From assembly GCA_963737265.1 (NCBI GenBank), contig CAVTRY010000014.1, positions 64,001-128,000 on the forward strand: DNA of 64,000 nt. The letters run 5' to 3'. The notes below the pieces were generated by a model. The model was given only the letters and a program-made list of their open reading frames with translations. It was not told where the DNA came from and did no database searches. Positions 52,043 through 63,216 of this stretch are shown here, one piece after another; the first letter of the stretch is position 1, and every line of letters starts with the position of its first letter. This DNA is from an uncultured delta proteobacterium. GTDB lineage: Bacteria; Myxococcota_A; Polyangia; Fen-1088. The position numbers and the translations under genes are program-made.

Positions 52043-53721
52043 ATGAATACCATCGAGAGCGCGACCGCCCGGCTGCCCAGACGCCACGTGGAACGGGTTA
52101 TTCTTCCGGCTGTGATCGCGCTGCTGGCGATCCTCGCGTGGCACGCCCGTTGGGATCAGGACGACGCATTCATCTCGTATCGCTACGCCCGGAACTGGAT
52201 CGACGGCTTCGGCGTCGTTTGGAACCCGGGTGAGCCCGTCGAGGGCTACAGCAACTTCCTTTGGGTGGTCGTGCTCGCGACCCTAGGTGCTCTTGGCATC
52301 CCGCTGACGACGGCCAGTTATTTGGCGTCCATCGGGTGCTTCGTCGGCAGCCTGGCGGCGACCTACGCGCTCGCACAAACGGTTCTGAAGAACCACGTAC
52401 TCGCCCTGCTGGTGTGCCTCTTGGTGGGACGAACTACAGCTTTTTCTCGTACGCGACCGGAGGCCTCGAGACCCAGCTCGAGGCCGTTCTCAGCCTCATC
52501 CTGCTCAACGTCGGGGCCCGCGTCACGATTCATCGCAAAGCCTCGATCGGCGTGCTCATGGCGACCAGCGCGGTTTGCGCCTGCGCAGTGATGACGAGGC
52601 CGGACGGCGTCCTGCCCGCAGGCATCCTCGCCGGATGGATCACGCTGGTCCTGTTCGACGCCAAGACGTCGTGGCGCACCTGGTTGCTGCAAATTTTGGC
52701 GCTCGCGGCGCCCGGGGTCGCTATTCTCGCGCGATGGGTGGCCTGGAAGATCCACTTTTACGGCAACTGGCTGCCGAACACATACTACGTGAAGCTTGGA
52801 ACCATCCACCCGCAGACCCTCGAGCGCGGCGCCATCTATGTCGGACTGTTTCTCGCATCCTATTGGCTCTTGCCGGTCCTCCTGGTGCTGGCATTCCAGG
52901 CTTTCAAGAAACTCAAGAAGGGTGCCTTGCCCAGCGTGAGGCTCTCGCCCGCTCTCATGATGGCTCTCCTGGTGTGCGTGACGTTCGCCTATATCGTCGT
53001 GGCCGGTGGGGACATTATGGAGTTTCGCTTCATCGTATCCCTCGTCCCCCCCATCTTCGTACTCGTCGTGAAGTGGCTGTCGGAGCTACTTCCGCGATCC
53101 GTGTTTTTTGTCAGCGGAATTCTCGCCCTTGGAAGCATCTCGCACGGGTTGTTCTTCCCGCGTTACGTGACACCGCCAGGAATCGGGTTCATTCGGGGGT
53201 TGGAATATAACGTCACGCGCGCAACGACGACGAGCTGGTCAGCTATTGGAATAGCCATCGGACGCGGGTTGCCTGTCGATAGCACGGTGAAGATCGCAAT
53301 GACACCGGCTGGCGCGATCCCGTATTACAGCCGACTGCGTTCCGTGGATATGCTTGGGCTGAACGACAAGTGGGTCGCGCGATACGGACGCCCCCGGCAG
53401 CTTTGCGTTGTGTGCACGGGGCACCAGCGACTGGCGGACGTTCACTACCTGCGGTCCGTGGGTACGACGTTGATCGTCGGTCATCCACAAGTCGGAACGC
53501 AAGCGGAGTTCCGGGACGCGGACTTCACACGCATCCTGTCGGCGATGTTTTACGACGAGAAAATGGATTTTCAGGAGATTCCGAGTGGCGCTCGGATGCT
53601 GATGATCCCGCTCGATGCCACGCACGGCGTGTTCGTCGTGTACCTGACGCCGCACCCCGACGTCGAACGAGCTCTCATGGAAGGCCGCTGGTTGGCGCGG
53701 CCGCTTCTTCCGTCCTCGTGA
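52043..53721 (+). CDS. Multi-TM GT-C-like glycosyltransferase, frameshift near 52428
   Basis: DDAFISYRYARN, VEGYSNFLW, GLET, TRPDG, PNTYYVK, DMLGLND. Confidence 0.8.
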
Positions 53722-53741
53722 CGTGGGCAAATGCGTCGGTC

Positions 53742-55013
53742 TCAGGACGATGCGGGGACGTCAAATAGCTCCCGTGTCCAACGGGCGCGCCGATCCAGCC
53801 ATGCCTCTTGCGTGTTCGCCTTTGCAAATTCGACAGCTTTGCGAAATGAGCCATCGAGTCTTTCTCGGTTTTGGCTGATATCGGCAATGGCTCGGCCCAT
53901 TGCATCAATATCTAGCCAGGGAAGGAGAGCCACGGCCGCTCCAGCCGCAGCTAGCTCGCGATAGTAATAGGTATCGTACGCAAGGATGGCTTGACCGGCG
54001 GCCATAGCGTCCATCGCGCTCCTAGGTGTGTCTTGACTGAGCGGTGCAGCTAGGAGCACGTGGCACTGGTAGAGCAGCTCAAAAACCGAGTTGAACGGGA
54101 CGGGACCGTGAAAATGTACCAGTTCGCCAAGTTTCAACGCTTTGGTCAGGGCGGTCAGCCCGGCCAACTCAGGCCCGCCGCCGATGATTTGGAAACGGAT
54201 ATTCTTGGCCCCAAGGCCGATTGCACGATGAAAAGCCCGCAGCATGTGGTCGACGCCCTTGTAGGCGACCAAGCGGCCAAAGTAGGTGAATACAACGGGC
54301 GTTGCGGGATCCAAAGCCGCACAGACCTTCGCAGCGAGCTTAGCAGGTGTGATGACTTGACTCTCCCCAAAAGCCGCATCCAGAAAATTCTTTACGTTCG
54401 AGCGGCCCTTTCCGTAGTCGCTGGCCAGTTCTTCACCTTTGAGAAGTATCAACGAGAAGAGACGAACGCCAATGGACTGTTGGACATGAGCGAAGGAATT
54501 GTGAAGTACTCGCGTGACGAGGTAGTCCTTGCGCGACCATCGACCTGTCTTGAGATTCATTCTCGCGGTGGTGCGATTGTCGATATCCGTGACACTGATC
54601 GTCTTTCTCCCAATTGCCCGAGCCATCAGGAGCGCAGGAAATTCGAATGGACGATAGAGGGACGAATTGCCGGCGTGCACGAGAGACGACTTTCTGACTT
54701 CGGTCCATAGCACCCGTAGTACGTTGGGCAGCTCAAGTAGGTAAGACAGTCGACCTATCTCGGCGGAAAATGCAGTCTGAAATCGGATGTTTTCACGGGC
54801 CTCGTCCACGACCGATAGGTGAGACTTCTGAGTCTCGTACTGCGCAGGGGACATATTGGGTGCCACCAGCACCATATCCTCTGCCAGGGGGCCGAGCTTC
54901 TCTTTCAACTGGCGCAAATGCAACACAAAGGCGCTCTCCATCGCAAACCTACCTTGCAAGGTGCGATAGCCAGGAACCGAGATGACGATGAGATAGGTTC
55001 GATTAGCCGCCAT
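53742..55013 (-). CDS. GT4 family glycosyltransferase
   Basis: YFGRLVAYKGVD, IIGGGPE, DTPRSAMDAMAAG. Confidence 0.85.
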   Translation of the reverse strand: MAANRTYLIVISVPGYRTLQGRFAMESAFVLHLRQLKEKLGPLAEDMVLVAPNMSPAQYETQKSHLSVVDEARENIRFQTAFSAEIGRLSYLLELPNVLRVLWTEVRKSSLVHAGNSSLYRPFEFPALLMARAIGRKTISVTDIDNRTTARMNLKTGRWSRKDYLVTRVLHNSFAHVQQSIGVRLFSLILLKGEELASDYGKGRSNVKNFLDAAFGESQVITPAKLAAKVCAALDPATPVVFTYFGRLVAYKGVDHMLRAFHRAIGLGAKNIRFQIIGGGPELAGLTALTKALKLGELVHFHGPVPFNSVFELLYQCHVLLAAPLSQDTPRSAMDAMAAGQAILAYDTYYYRELAAAGAAVALLPWLDIDAMGRAIADISQNRERLDGSFRKAVEFAKANTQEAWLDRRARWTRELFDVPASS

Positions 55014-55143
55014 TCATTCTCCGGGAACCGAAACTATCAGATCGTTGGCGGGTTTGCCACCGTCACGCCATGATCGAGTTGGCGCCGCAATCAGTCATTC
55101 GTGCGCTCTTGTGGACCACGGTCAGATCAAATAGATTACGGCC

Positions 55144-56160
55144 ATGTCGTGCGGTTCACACAGCCGATCGGGATCGCAGACGGTTCGCTTCGTCCACCGT
55201 GACGCACGGCTGGTTGAACGCATTCTCAGCCTGCCGAGCAACGCTTTGCCTCTGGAGATGTCGCCCCCCCTCGACATCAGCGAAGGCGCCAACGCCTGGA
55301 TCGCCCAAAGCTTCATGCACCTTCGCCGTCACGGTCTTCCGGTCCAACTGGCGTCGACCCTTTCGCCTAGCCATGTGAACGTGCTTCACTACGATCATGT
55401 TCCTGGCTGGAAGAGGTTCCCGTTTTGGGCGTTCTTTGCCGTGGTTCAGGCAGACCGGCCAAGGCCCATGATTGCCGATGTCCGCATGGTTCAGAACAAA
55501 CTCTGTATTCAGGATGTGGATCGGGACCGATTCGTCCCCCTTTGGTCTCAACCATGCCTACGCCCGCGCGATCCTGCTCGCGGCGACCGATTGAGCACGA
55601 TTGCCTACATGGGACTCGAGTGCTACTTGGCTCTACCGTTTCGGGAAGCCAAATTCAAGGAACGGCTCGCGGCTGCTGGAGTCTCCTTCGAGCCGCACTT
55701 TCGACCCGAGGAGTGGAGCGACTACAGCGCCGTCGACGCCATCTTGGCTGTGCGAAACGTCACGCCCTACGATCTGTCCATCAAGCCCGCGACAAAGCTC
55801 ATCAATGCGTGGAAAGCTGGCGTTCTTCCCCTGCTTGGGCGGGAGCCCGCCTATACGCAAGTGGGGCGCCCTGGTGTCAACTATTGCGAGGTTTCAAGTG
55901 CTGAAGATGTCATCCGCGCCGTTCATTGGGCGCAGGATAATCCAGCTGATGCAGCTCGGGTGCGGCAGTCAGGCGCATGCGCCTTTCAGATGTACAATGA
56001 TGAGCAGACAATTCAGCGTTGGGTCGAGATCCTTGCCGGGACACTTCTTCCGGCATTCGAGCAGTGGCGCCGCGAAGGGGCGCTGAGTCATCTCCTGAAG
56101 CTCCCGGGTCGGCTAGCGAAGCATCGACGCGAAGCAGCCTTCTTCCGTGCCAACATCTGA
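55144..56160 (+). CDS. GT-B-like glycosyltransferase
   Basis: DYSAVDAILAVR, KPATKLINAWKAGV; polysaccharide-locus context. Confidence 0.65.
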   Translation: MSCGSHSRSGSQTVRFVHRDARLVERILSLPSNALPLEMSPPLDISEGANAWIAQSFMHLRRHGLPVQLASTLSPSHVNVLHYDHVPGWKRFPFWAFFAVVQADRPRPMIADVRMVQNKLCIQDVDRDRFVPLWSQPCLRPRDPARGDRLSTIAYMGLECYLALPFREAKFKERLAAAGVSFEPHFRPEEWSDYSAVDAILAVRNVTPYDLSIKPATKLINAWKAGVLPLLGREPAYTQVGRPGVNYCEVSSAEDVIRAVHWAQDNPADAARVRQSGACAFQMYNDEQTIQRWVEILAGTLLPAFEQWRREGALSHLLKLPGRLAKHRREAAFFRANI

Positions 56161-56290
56161 CAAGACGGTGCATGGGCGCTCCCGCCGAAGCTGGCCTCGG
56201 CGACGCGTGCGCGCTCCTGTGCGCCCTCGATGCCGTGCAGCCCGAATAGGCTGACCCGGGTCCTGTTGCGACGAGGCTGACGCCGGTAGG

Positions 56291-57601
56291 CTAATCTGGG
56301 AAGGGCATGCCGAAGTCGGGCCTAGCGGCGCGCCGCAGAACCCAGTCGTAGACAGCCGCGATCTGGTCAGCCTTGCGATCCCAGGTAAACCATCGTTCCA
56401 CGCGCGAACGACCAAGGGCAGCCTTGGCGACCACCTCGCCCGGCCGATCAACAAGCACCTCCATCTGGCTGCGCAGCTTTGCAATGATGGTTTGGCGTGG
56501 GCCGAGCGGCACTAGGTACCCGGTCGCAGGGGTAACCAATTCGGCGGGTCCCGCGTAGTCGACCACGACGGGAACCACGCCCGACGCCATGGCTTCTAGC
56601 ACCACGCCACCTCCAAATTCTCGAATGCTGGGAAAACCCAGGACATGCGATTGACGCAGCCGTGCCGCAACACCGGTGCGATCCAGCCACCCACTGAAGG
56701 TCACCCCTCGACTCAGGTGGTGCTCACCGACCAGGTGTTCCAGAGCTACTCTTTGCGGACCATCGCCAATAATCTCTAGGAGTACTTTCCCCTTCTGGAT
56801 CAATCCGGCACAAGCCTCGATCAACATGTCCGCGCCCTTGTAGGGCACGAGTCTGCCTACGAAGACCACTCGAAGCGGAGCACGAACGGATGGCCGGTTG
56901 TCACTTTCCGCAAAAGTCTCGGGCGAAATGGCATTCTCAGGAACATAAACGGCTTTGGAGCACCAAGGCGCTCCCAATTGCTTCCAAGTCGACCGCGAGC
57001 CGACGAGGATAGCGGCGGCGCTTTCCCGCATGCTCCGGTAGCCTGGCAAGAGGCGATAGGCATCTCGCACATAGGAAAGCCATTCGCGTTCTTGCCGCCG
57101 AGCTTGGGAAAACTCGCGCGGCCAGGGTACGCCGCCGTTGAGTGGGCCCACCACGAACGGGACCCCAAGTGCCTGGAGTCGATGGGCGATGCGGCTGGGC
57201 GTGGTCGGGCTGAGTGGTGTCACCCGATGGACGATGTCCCATTTGCCAGCACGAAACTCCGGTTCAAAACGTTTCCACAGTAGACGCTCAAACCAGTAAT
57301 AGGAAGGAACGGACATTGCGGTCATCAGTGTCCATGCTACCCCTGGGGAGCCGCGCAGCCGGTCTGCAAGCCTCGACATCGGCGCGGCCACCGCCTCGCT
57401 GTCGAGGGCGGTGAAGTCGCTCTCGGGCGACCAGCCGGCCCGCGCGATGGCGGCGGCGTTGCGTTTCTGAGTCACCAGATGAACGTCGGCCACTTGCCGC
57501 AGGGCCGCCGCGATCGACCACCCAACGAGCGGAACGCTGACCCATTCGGGATTAGCCGCCTCCGCAATGACCATGACCCGGGTTTTCTTGTCAGTTTTCA
57601 T
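56291..57601 (-). CDS. GT4 family glycosyltransferase
   Basis: AEAANPEWVSVPLVGW, FVGRLVPYKG, REFGGGVVLEAMASG. Confidence 0.9.
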   Translation of the reverse strand: MKTDKKTRVMVIAEAANPEWVSVPLVGWSIAAALRQVADVHLVTQKRNAAAIARAGWSPESDFTALDSEAVAAPMSRLADRLRGSPGVAWTLMTAMSVPSYYWFERLLWKRFEPEFRAGKWDIVHRVTPLSPTTPSRIAHRLQALGVPFVVGPLNGGVPWPREFSQARRQEREWLSYVRDAYRLLPGYRSMRESAAAILVGSRSTWKQLGAPWCSKAVYVPENAISPETFAESDNRPSVRAPLRVVFVGRLVPYKGADMLIEACAGLIQKGKVLLEIIGDGPQRVALEHLVGEHHLSRGVTFSGWLDRTGVAARLRQSHVLGFPSIREFGGGVVLEAMASGVVPVVVDYAGPAELVTPATGYLVPLGPRQTIIAKLRSQMEVLVDRPGEVVAKAALGRSRVERWFTWDRKADQIAAVYDWVLRRAARPDFGMPFPD

Positions 57602-57671
57602 GGACTGATGACGAGAGATCCTGTTGCAATCCTAGAGATCAGCACGAGGGTGTCAACTGCTGCAAGTGCCG

Positions 57672-59792
57672 CTACCGATTGAGTCCAAGCGGGGGAAGAC
57701 CAAATCCTCCGCGGACGTAGTCGTTGATGACAGTCGCGGTGTACAAATTGCTCCAGGTGGCTTTGGACTGTCCACGAACAGCAGTATACAAGTCGGTCAG
57801 CTTTAGTGAAAATTTGGCCATGTAGGTGTCCAGGTTCAGCCCTGGACTAGGATAGGTGACTGTTTGAACAGCGGACGCAGTCTCGCCACTGGCCGCAACC
57901 CATTGAGCATAGGTTTGTTGTGCGTTGTTAATGAGCGCAAAATTGGACGATTTAGAGGCCGAGTAGATATTCCCAGAATACGTTAGCGGCGCAAACGGTC
58001 CACTCTGCGACTGCATTGCTGCGCCAAGGCCGCCATCTTGAATCGTGTTGCTGCCGATTAGAATGTTAGACCAACCCGATTGTGGTTGCAGCGCGATGCC
58101 CTGAACATTGACCTTGTAAAGCAAATTGTTCTGAATCGTCACGTTCGAGCTCACCGAGGTAGTTTGGTCGGTAGACTCCAAATAGATCGCGAACGTGTTG
58201 CCCGTGAATGAGAAATCTGAGAAAATGTTCCCGCTAAGCGTCGCGTTGGTGACAGTCGACAGATCTATTCCCCAACCAAGTCCACGCCCAGTTGGATTGT
58301 CGCGATTGATCTGTAATAAAATATTGTTGGCAATACTTAGTCCGTTGATACACGATCCGCCGGATGGGACAGGGTCGCCGTCGTTCTTCTGGAAGTTGGC
58401 GCTAATCCCGACCTCACCCTCAAAAAAGAGATTGTTGCTGATCGCGACATTTTTGACCTTGTTGATGCCCTCAGACATGAGCTTCATGTGAAGACTTCCG
58501 TCACGCAAGAACATGTTGTTGCGAATAACTGTATTGGTGAGGTTGAATGTGTACATGTGATGATTGAAGACATCGGCGGGAACGAGCGCTTGATCGTTCC
58601 AGGAATTGTGGTCGAAAATGTTCTCTTCGACCAGAACGCCATCCACGGTGTATAGGTATATCGCCTGTGAGTGGCCATCAATGCCATACATATCCGTCAG
58701 CACGCAACGACGGACGGTGAGATTCTTGGGGGCCGGTCCTCCCGCAAGTTGGACACTTATTCCGCCACCCATGAAATGAACAAAGCAGTCTTCAAATAGA
58801 ATGTCATCTCCCCCATCGAGCCAACTTACTGCAGAGTTGTCGTGACCTGCCGCCTTGCCGCTGCTATCATGCACGAATTCTGGTGCGCTCGGATCCCGGT
58901 TCACATCATAGAACTCCAGGCCAATGAAGTAGACGTGAGACGTGACGGTGCTGCCGTTGTGGTAGACTGTACTGTCGCCAGCACCGGCAGGATTGGGGCG
59001 AATTTGCGGTCGGGCAGCCGTCGCCGAGCTGGCGTAACCGGAAAACAGCATCGGTTCGTCCGCCGAACGGCCCCCCGCGCCGGAGACGGATCCTATTTCC
59101 TCTGACCATATCTCGCCCGCCTTCAGGAGAAGCCAGTCCGGATATCCCGGCCGCATCAAGGCTTTGGCCTTGGCGATAGTCTTGAAGGGGGACGGTGGAA
59201 TCTGCGTCTGCGCTGTCTGGCCGGATGGAATGTCCTTCCCCAGCAAGAACGCACCCGTGCTGTCGTTCCCGCTCTTGGAGCTCACGTAAATAAGCCGGCT
59301 GTCCGCCGAGGGGGTCACAATAGTCCAGCCATTGGGATCCCGTGCCACATGAAGCCCTGAACCAGCGCCGGCATCGATGGTCACCACCGTCCCGCTGTCG
59401 GCGGTGGACACTATCGTCCCGCTGTCGGCGGTGGACACTATCGTCCCGCTGTCTGCCGTAGGCGCTATCGCCCCGGTTGTCACCGTGACTGCGACGCTGG
59501 CCTGTGACCCGCTGTACTTGGCACTCACGTGATACGTTCCGGAGCTGCCGGGTGCCGTATAGAGGCCTTGTGCAGTCAGAGTGCCGCCAGCATCGCCCTC
59601 CGCCAGCGACCAGGTCGCGTTCGAGAGGCGTTGGTCGTTGAACGTTGCCTGGAACGGAACCATTTGGCCTGGCGCTATCCTAGCGGAGCTCGGCTGGATT
59701 GTGAGGGCTGACGCTCCTTTCGAGCTGGCGCAGCCCGCGCCTGCCAGAGTTGACACCAGGAACAGAACGCAGGATGTGACTACGTGTTTCAT
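57672..59792 (-). CDS. Lipoprotein with Ig-like domain and right-handed parallel beta-helix
   Basis: GAGC lipobox, GLYTAP Ig motif, IYVSS...GND, repeated I.NN.F rungs. Confidence 0.85.
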   Translation of the reverse strand: MKHVVTSCVLFLVSTLAGAGCASSKGASALTIQPSSARIAPGQMVPFQATFNDQRLSNATWSLAEGDAGGTLTAQGLYTAPGSSGTYHVSAKYSGSQASVAVTVTTGAIAPTADSGTIVSTADSGTIVSTADSGTVVTIDAGAGSGLHVARDPNGWTIVTPSADSRLIYVSSKSGNDSTGAFLLGKDIPSGQTAQTQIPPSPFKTIAKAKALMRPGYPDWLLLKAGEIWSEEIGSVSGAGGRSADEPMLFSGYASSATAARPQIRPNPAGAGDSTVYHNGSTVTSHVYFIGLEFYDVNRDPSAPEFVHDSSGKAAGHDNSAVSWLDGGDDILFEDCFVHFMGGGISVQLAGGPAPKNLTVRRCVLTDMYGIDGHSQAIYLYTVDGVLVEENIFDHNSWNDQALVPADVFNHHMYTFNLTNTVIRNNMFLRDGSLHMKLMSEGINKVKNVAISNNLFFEGEVGISANFQKNDGDPVPSGGSCINGLSIANNILLQINRDNPTGRGLGWGIDLSTVTNATLSGNIFSDFSFTGNTFAIYLESTDQTTSVSSNVTIQNNLLYKVNVQGIALQPQSGWSNILIGSNTIQDGGLGAAMQSQSGPFAPLTYSGNIYSASKSSNFALINNAQQTYAQWVAASGETASAVQTVTYPSPGLNLDTYMAKFSLKLTDLYTAVRGQSKATWSNLYTATVINDYVRGGFGLPPLGLNR
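59385..59460 (-). repeat. 27-bp coding tandem repeat (TADSGTIVS), about 2.8 copies
   Basis: cgtcccgctgtcggcggtggacactat occurs twice, followed by a partial copy. Confidence 0.85.
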
Positions 59793-60223
59793 TTTTCACC
59801 CGTCTGCGATTGTAAACCAAATAGGCGAGAAAGTATTGAATCGGGTCGCCGCTAATTTGGCAAAGATGCCCTTTGGCATGTGTGCCGGTGTCTTACCGAC
59901 TGCGCGGGGATCCATCTGCACCGGACCGAAAATGACAGCTGCGTCAGCTGCGCGTCTTGGGGGTAGCGCCCTCGACAAAAGTCGGTATCCTTGGCGCGTT
60001 TCCGAGACGATTTGAGGAAGCTGAACCAACGATGGATGACCACCCGACCGTTCCTGGCAAAGGCATCGTGACCGATTCCCTCACGACCGGGCGCTCGCCC
60101 AAGGCTAGCCGAGCCGAGCCTTCGCGTCTCGCAGGGAAGTCAAGGTGTCTGGGAGGCTAGCGACCGCGATAAAGACTGGTATTCTTACGCGCGTTTCCAA
60201 GAGTCTTTAAGCAAGAAGTGCGA

Positions 60224-63216
60224 ATGATGGCTGCCAATCTGACTGCTCCCGGCGAGAATGTGGTTCCCGCGCCTTCTGGGGTTGTCATCGCGGCTACCTT
60301 CACGGTAAATCCCATCACCGAGTCGCTTTCCCTCTTGCTGCAGGAGGCCAGGCTTGCGCTGCCGACCGAAGTAGTGCCCTACGGGCAGGTGTTTCAAGAG
60401 CTCCTTGACCCATCGGGCCGTTTCGCGCGGAATCGCAACGGGGTCAACGTCGTGTTGATTCGCTTCGAGGATTGGCTGAGCGGCGCGGACGCAATAGCCG
60501 AGTTGACGGCGGAAACACGCAGCGCGGTCGAACGGAATGTCCGCGATCTCGGAGCGGCTATACGAGGAGCGGCTGCGACCACGCCCGTTCCCATCGTTCT
60601 CTCTATGTGCCCGCCGTCACCCATCCTGACCGGCGACGCGGAAGTTCGGCGACTTTTTCGCGCGCTGGAGGATAGGCTGAGAACGGAAGTCGCCACCACG
60701 CCGAGCGTGCACGTCCTGTCCATGGCTTGGGTTGCGAGCTGGGACACGGCGTCCGTACACGATCCGGAAGGAGACCGCATCGGCCACGTGCCATACACGG
60801 CGCGTTTCTTTGCGGGCCTCGGGCTGGCCCTCGCACGTCTCATCCATGCGCTCAAGTGCTCGCCAATGAAGGTGCTGGTGCTCGACTGCGACAACACCCT
60901 TTGGAAAGGCGTGGTAGGCGAGGATGGCGCTTCCGGCATCGAAATCACAGAACCGTACCTAGAGGTGCAAAGATTCGTGCTCGAAGAAGAAGCGCGCCGG
61001 CATGATTCTCTGCCTCGCCAGCAAAAACGTCGAAGCCGACCTGTTGGAGGTGTTTCAGGACCGCAAGGAGATGGTGTTGCGACGGGACGACATCGTTGCC
61101 ATGCGCGCAAACTGGTTGCCCAAATCCGAGAATATCCGCGCCCTCGCGGCGGAGCTGAATCTTGGCCTCGACAGTTTCGTCTTCATCGATGACAACCCCG
61201 TCGAATGCGCTGAGGTCGAGGCAGCATGTCCGGAGGTGCTCGCGTTGCAACTGCCGGTGGGCGACGACGACGACCCTGCCACATTTCTTCGCCACGTCTG
61301 GCCGCTCAACGTTCTTCGTGTGACCGACGAGGATCGACGTCGCAGTGAGATGTATCGTGAAAACCTCGAGCGCGATCGATTTGGCAAGGCTGCGGGGACC
61401 CTCACCAGTTTCCTGGCTGGGCTCGAACTTGAGGATCGGGTTTACGACGCCAACCGCCAGCCAGCTGGCCCGCGCGGCCGAGCTCACCCAACGCACCAAC
61501 CAGTTCAACCTGACCACCCGCCGCCGCAGCGAGGCGGAGATTGAACAGCTCGCCAAGGACGGCTGGCTGTGTCGCGTGGCGGAAGTGCGCGACCGATTCG
61601 GCGACTACGGTTTGGTCGGGTTGGCCATCGTCGCGCCGGAAAAGAATTCCTTGGTGGTGGATACCTTCCTCCTTAGTTGCCGAGTTCTCGGCCGTGGCGT
61701 CGAACATGCGATGCTACGCGAGCTTGGCAAACTGGCAGAGACGGCGGGAAAAAGTCGAGTCGAGATTCTCTTTGTCCCGACCAAGAAGAACCAACCCGCG
61801 CGAAACTTCCTCGACAGCTTGGAAGCGGACGCGCGCGAGGTTTCCGCCGAGGGCCTGCGCGTCGCGCTGTCGACCGCGCGAGCTTGCAAGGTGGCGTATT
61901 GCCCAGGGGACGCGCCCGTCGACTTGCCCACCAACGACAATCCCCAGGCGAGTATTCCGCAGAGTGATGGCCTCCCGAGGTCCAAAATCTGGAATCGCCT
62001 CGCCCGCATCGTTGCCACACCGGAAGACGTCCTGGCCATCTTGGAACGGAATGCTCGCCACGCGAGGGTGACAAGCAAGCCGGTAGTTCCACCTCGCACC
62101 GATACCGAGCGCAGACTTTGCGCTATCTGGAGCGACATTCTCTCTATTTCCGAGGTCGGCGTCGACGATGACTACATCGCGGATCTCGGCGGTACTTCGC
62201 TTCTTGCCGTCGCTATCTTCGCGCGCATCGAGCGAGAGCTAGGCGCACGTTTGCCTCTGGCCACCTTGGTGGAGACACCCACCATCTCCGGAATCGCCGC
62301 GCGCATCGATCGGCCAAGCGACGTTCATTCGCTCGTGCTGTTGCACCGGAGAGGCAGCGAGACTCCGCTCTTCCTCGTGCACGATGCGGATGGCGAGATC
62401 CTGCTCTATCGCAATCTCGCTGAGAGGCTGAGCGATAGACCGGTTTATGGAATCCAGCCGCAAAGCCGGTCGGACGCGCCGATTGCACACACCCGAATCC
62501 GCGACATGGCGGCCCACTACGTCGCCGAAATTCGCAAAGTGCGCCCTCACGGACCCTATTTGCTCGGCGGCCTCTGCGCTGGCGGGATTGTCGCCTACGA
62601 GATGGCGTTGCAACTGGAGGACAAGGGTGAGAGCGCGAAACTCGTCGCGGTCTTCGACGCCGCCGACGTCGAGGCTCAGCGCAAACCCCATATCGAGAGC
62701 AAACGACGACTGCTGCGCATCCAACAGGTCCTCGACGGTCCCTCGGCACGCCAGGCGGCGAGTGCGTTGCTGTCTAAGTTGGTCGGGTATGCGGCGTACC
62801 AATTGAACAGCCGAACCAAGGCTGCGTGGAACAAGATGGCAGTCGCGACCCTGCGATTCTGCTTGGATCGAGGCCTGCCGATCCCGCCCTGGGCGCGCAA
62901 CCTCACGGTCCGGACGGTCTACACGGTCGCTGAGGCCGAGTATCTTCCCACTCGATCGGTGCGCGAAGAGATCCTCCTTTTCCGCGCTACCGAGGGCGAA
63001 GGCTCGGACGAACCCTACACTCGCCTCTACGTCGATCCGCTGCTTGGCTGGGACAAGCGCAGCACGCAAGGAACGCGCGCTTTCGACGTGCCCGGTGGCC
63101 ACGGCAGCATGTTGCAAGAACCTCATGTGGCAGCCACGGCCGAGATCTTGCGGTCCCACCTTGCATCCACGAGACTAAAGCCCATCTCAGGGGCCGCCGG
63201 AGGCGTGGCTGCGTGA
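60224..63216 (+). CDS. FkbH-ACP-thioesterase fusion, frameshifts near 60985 and 61433
   Basis: VLDCDNTLWKG, ASKN, FIDDNPVEC, RTNQFNLTT, LSCRVLGRG; ACP LGGTSLL; TE GPYLLGGLCAGG...FD...GGHGSML. Confidence 0.88.

Noticed and set aside
59385-59460. 27-bp repeats as a mini-CRISPR
   Set aside because: Head-to-tail with no spacers and in frame within a CDS linker.
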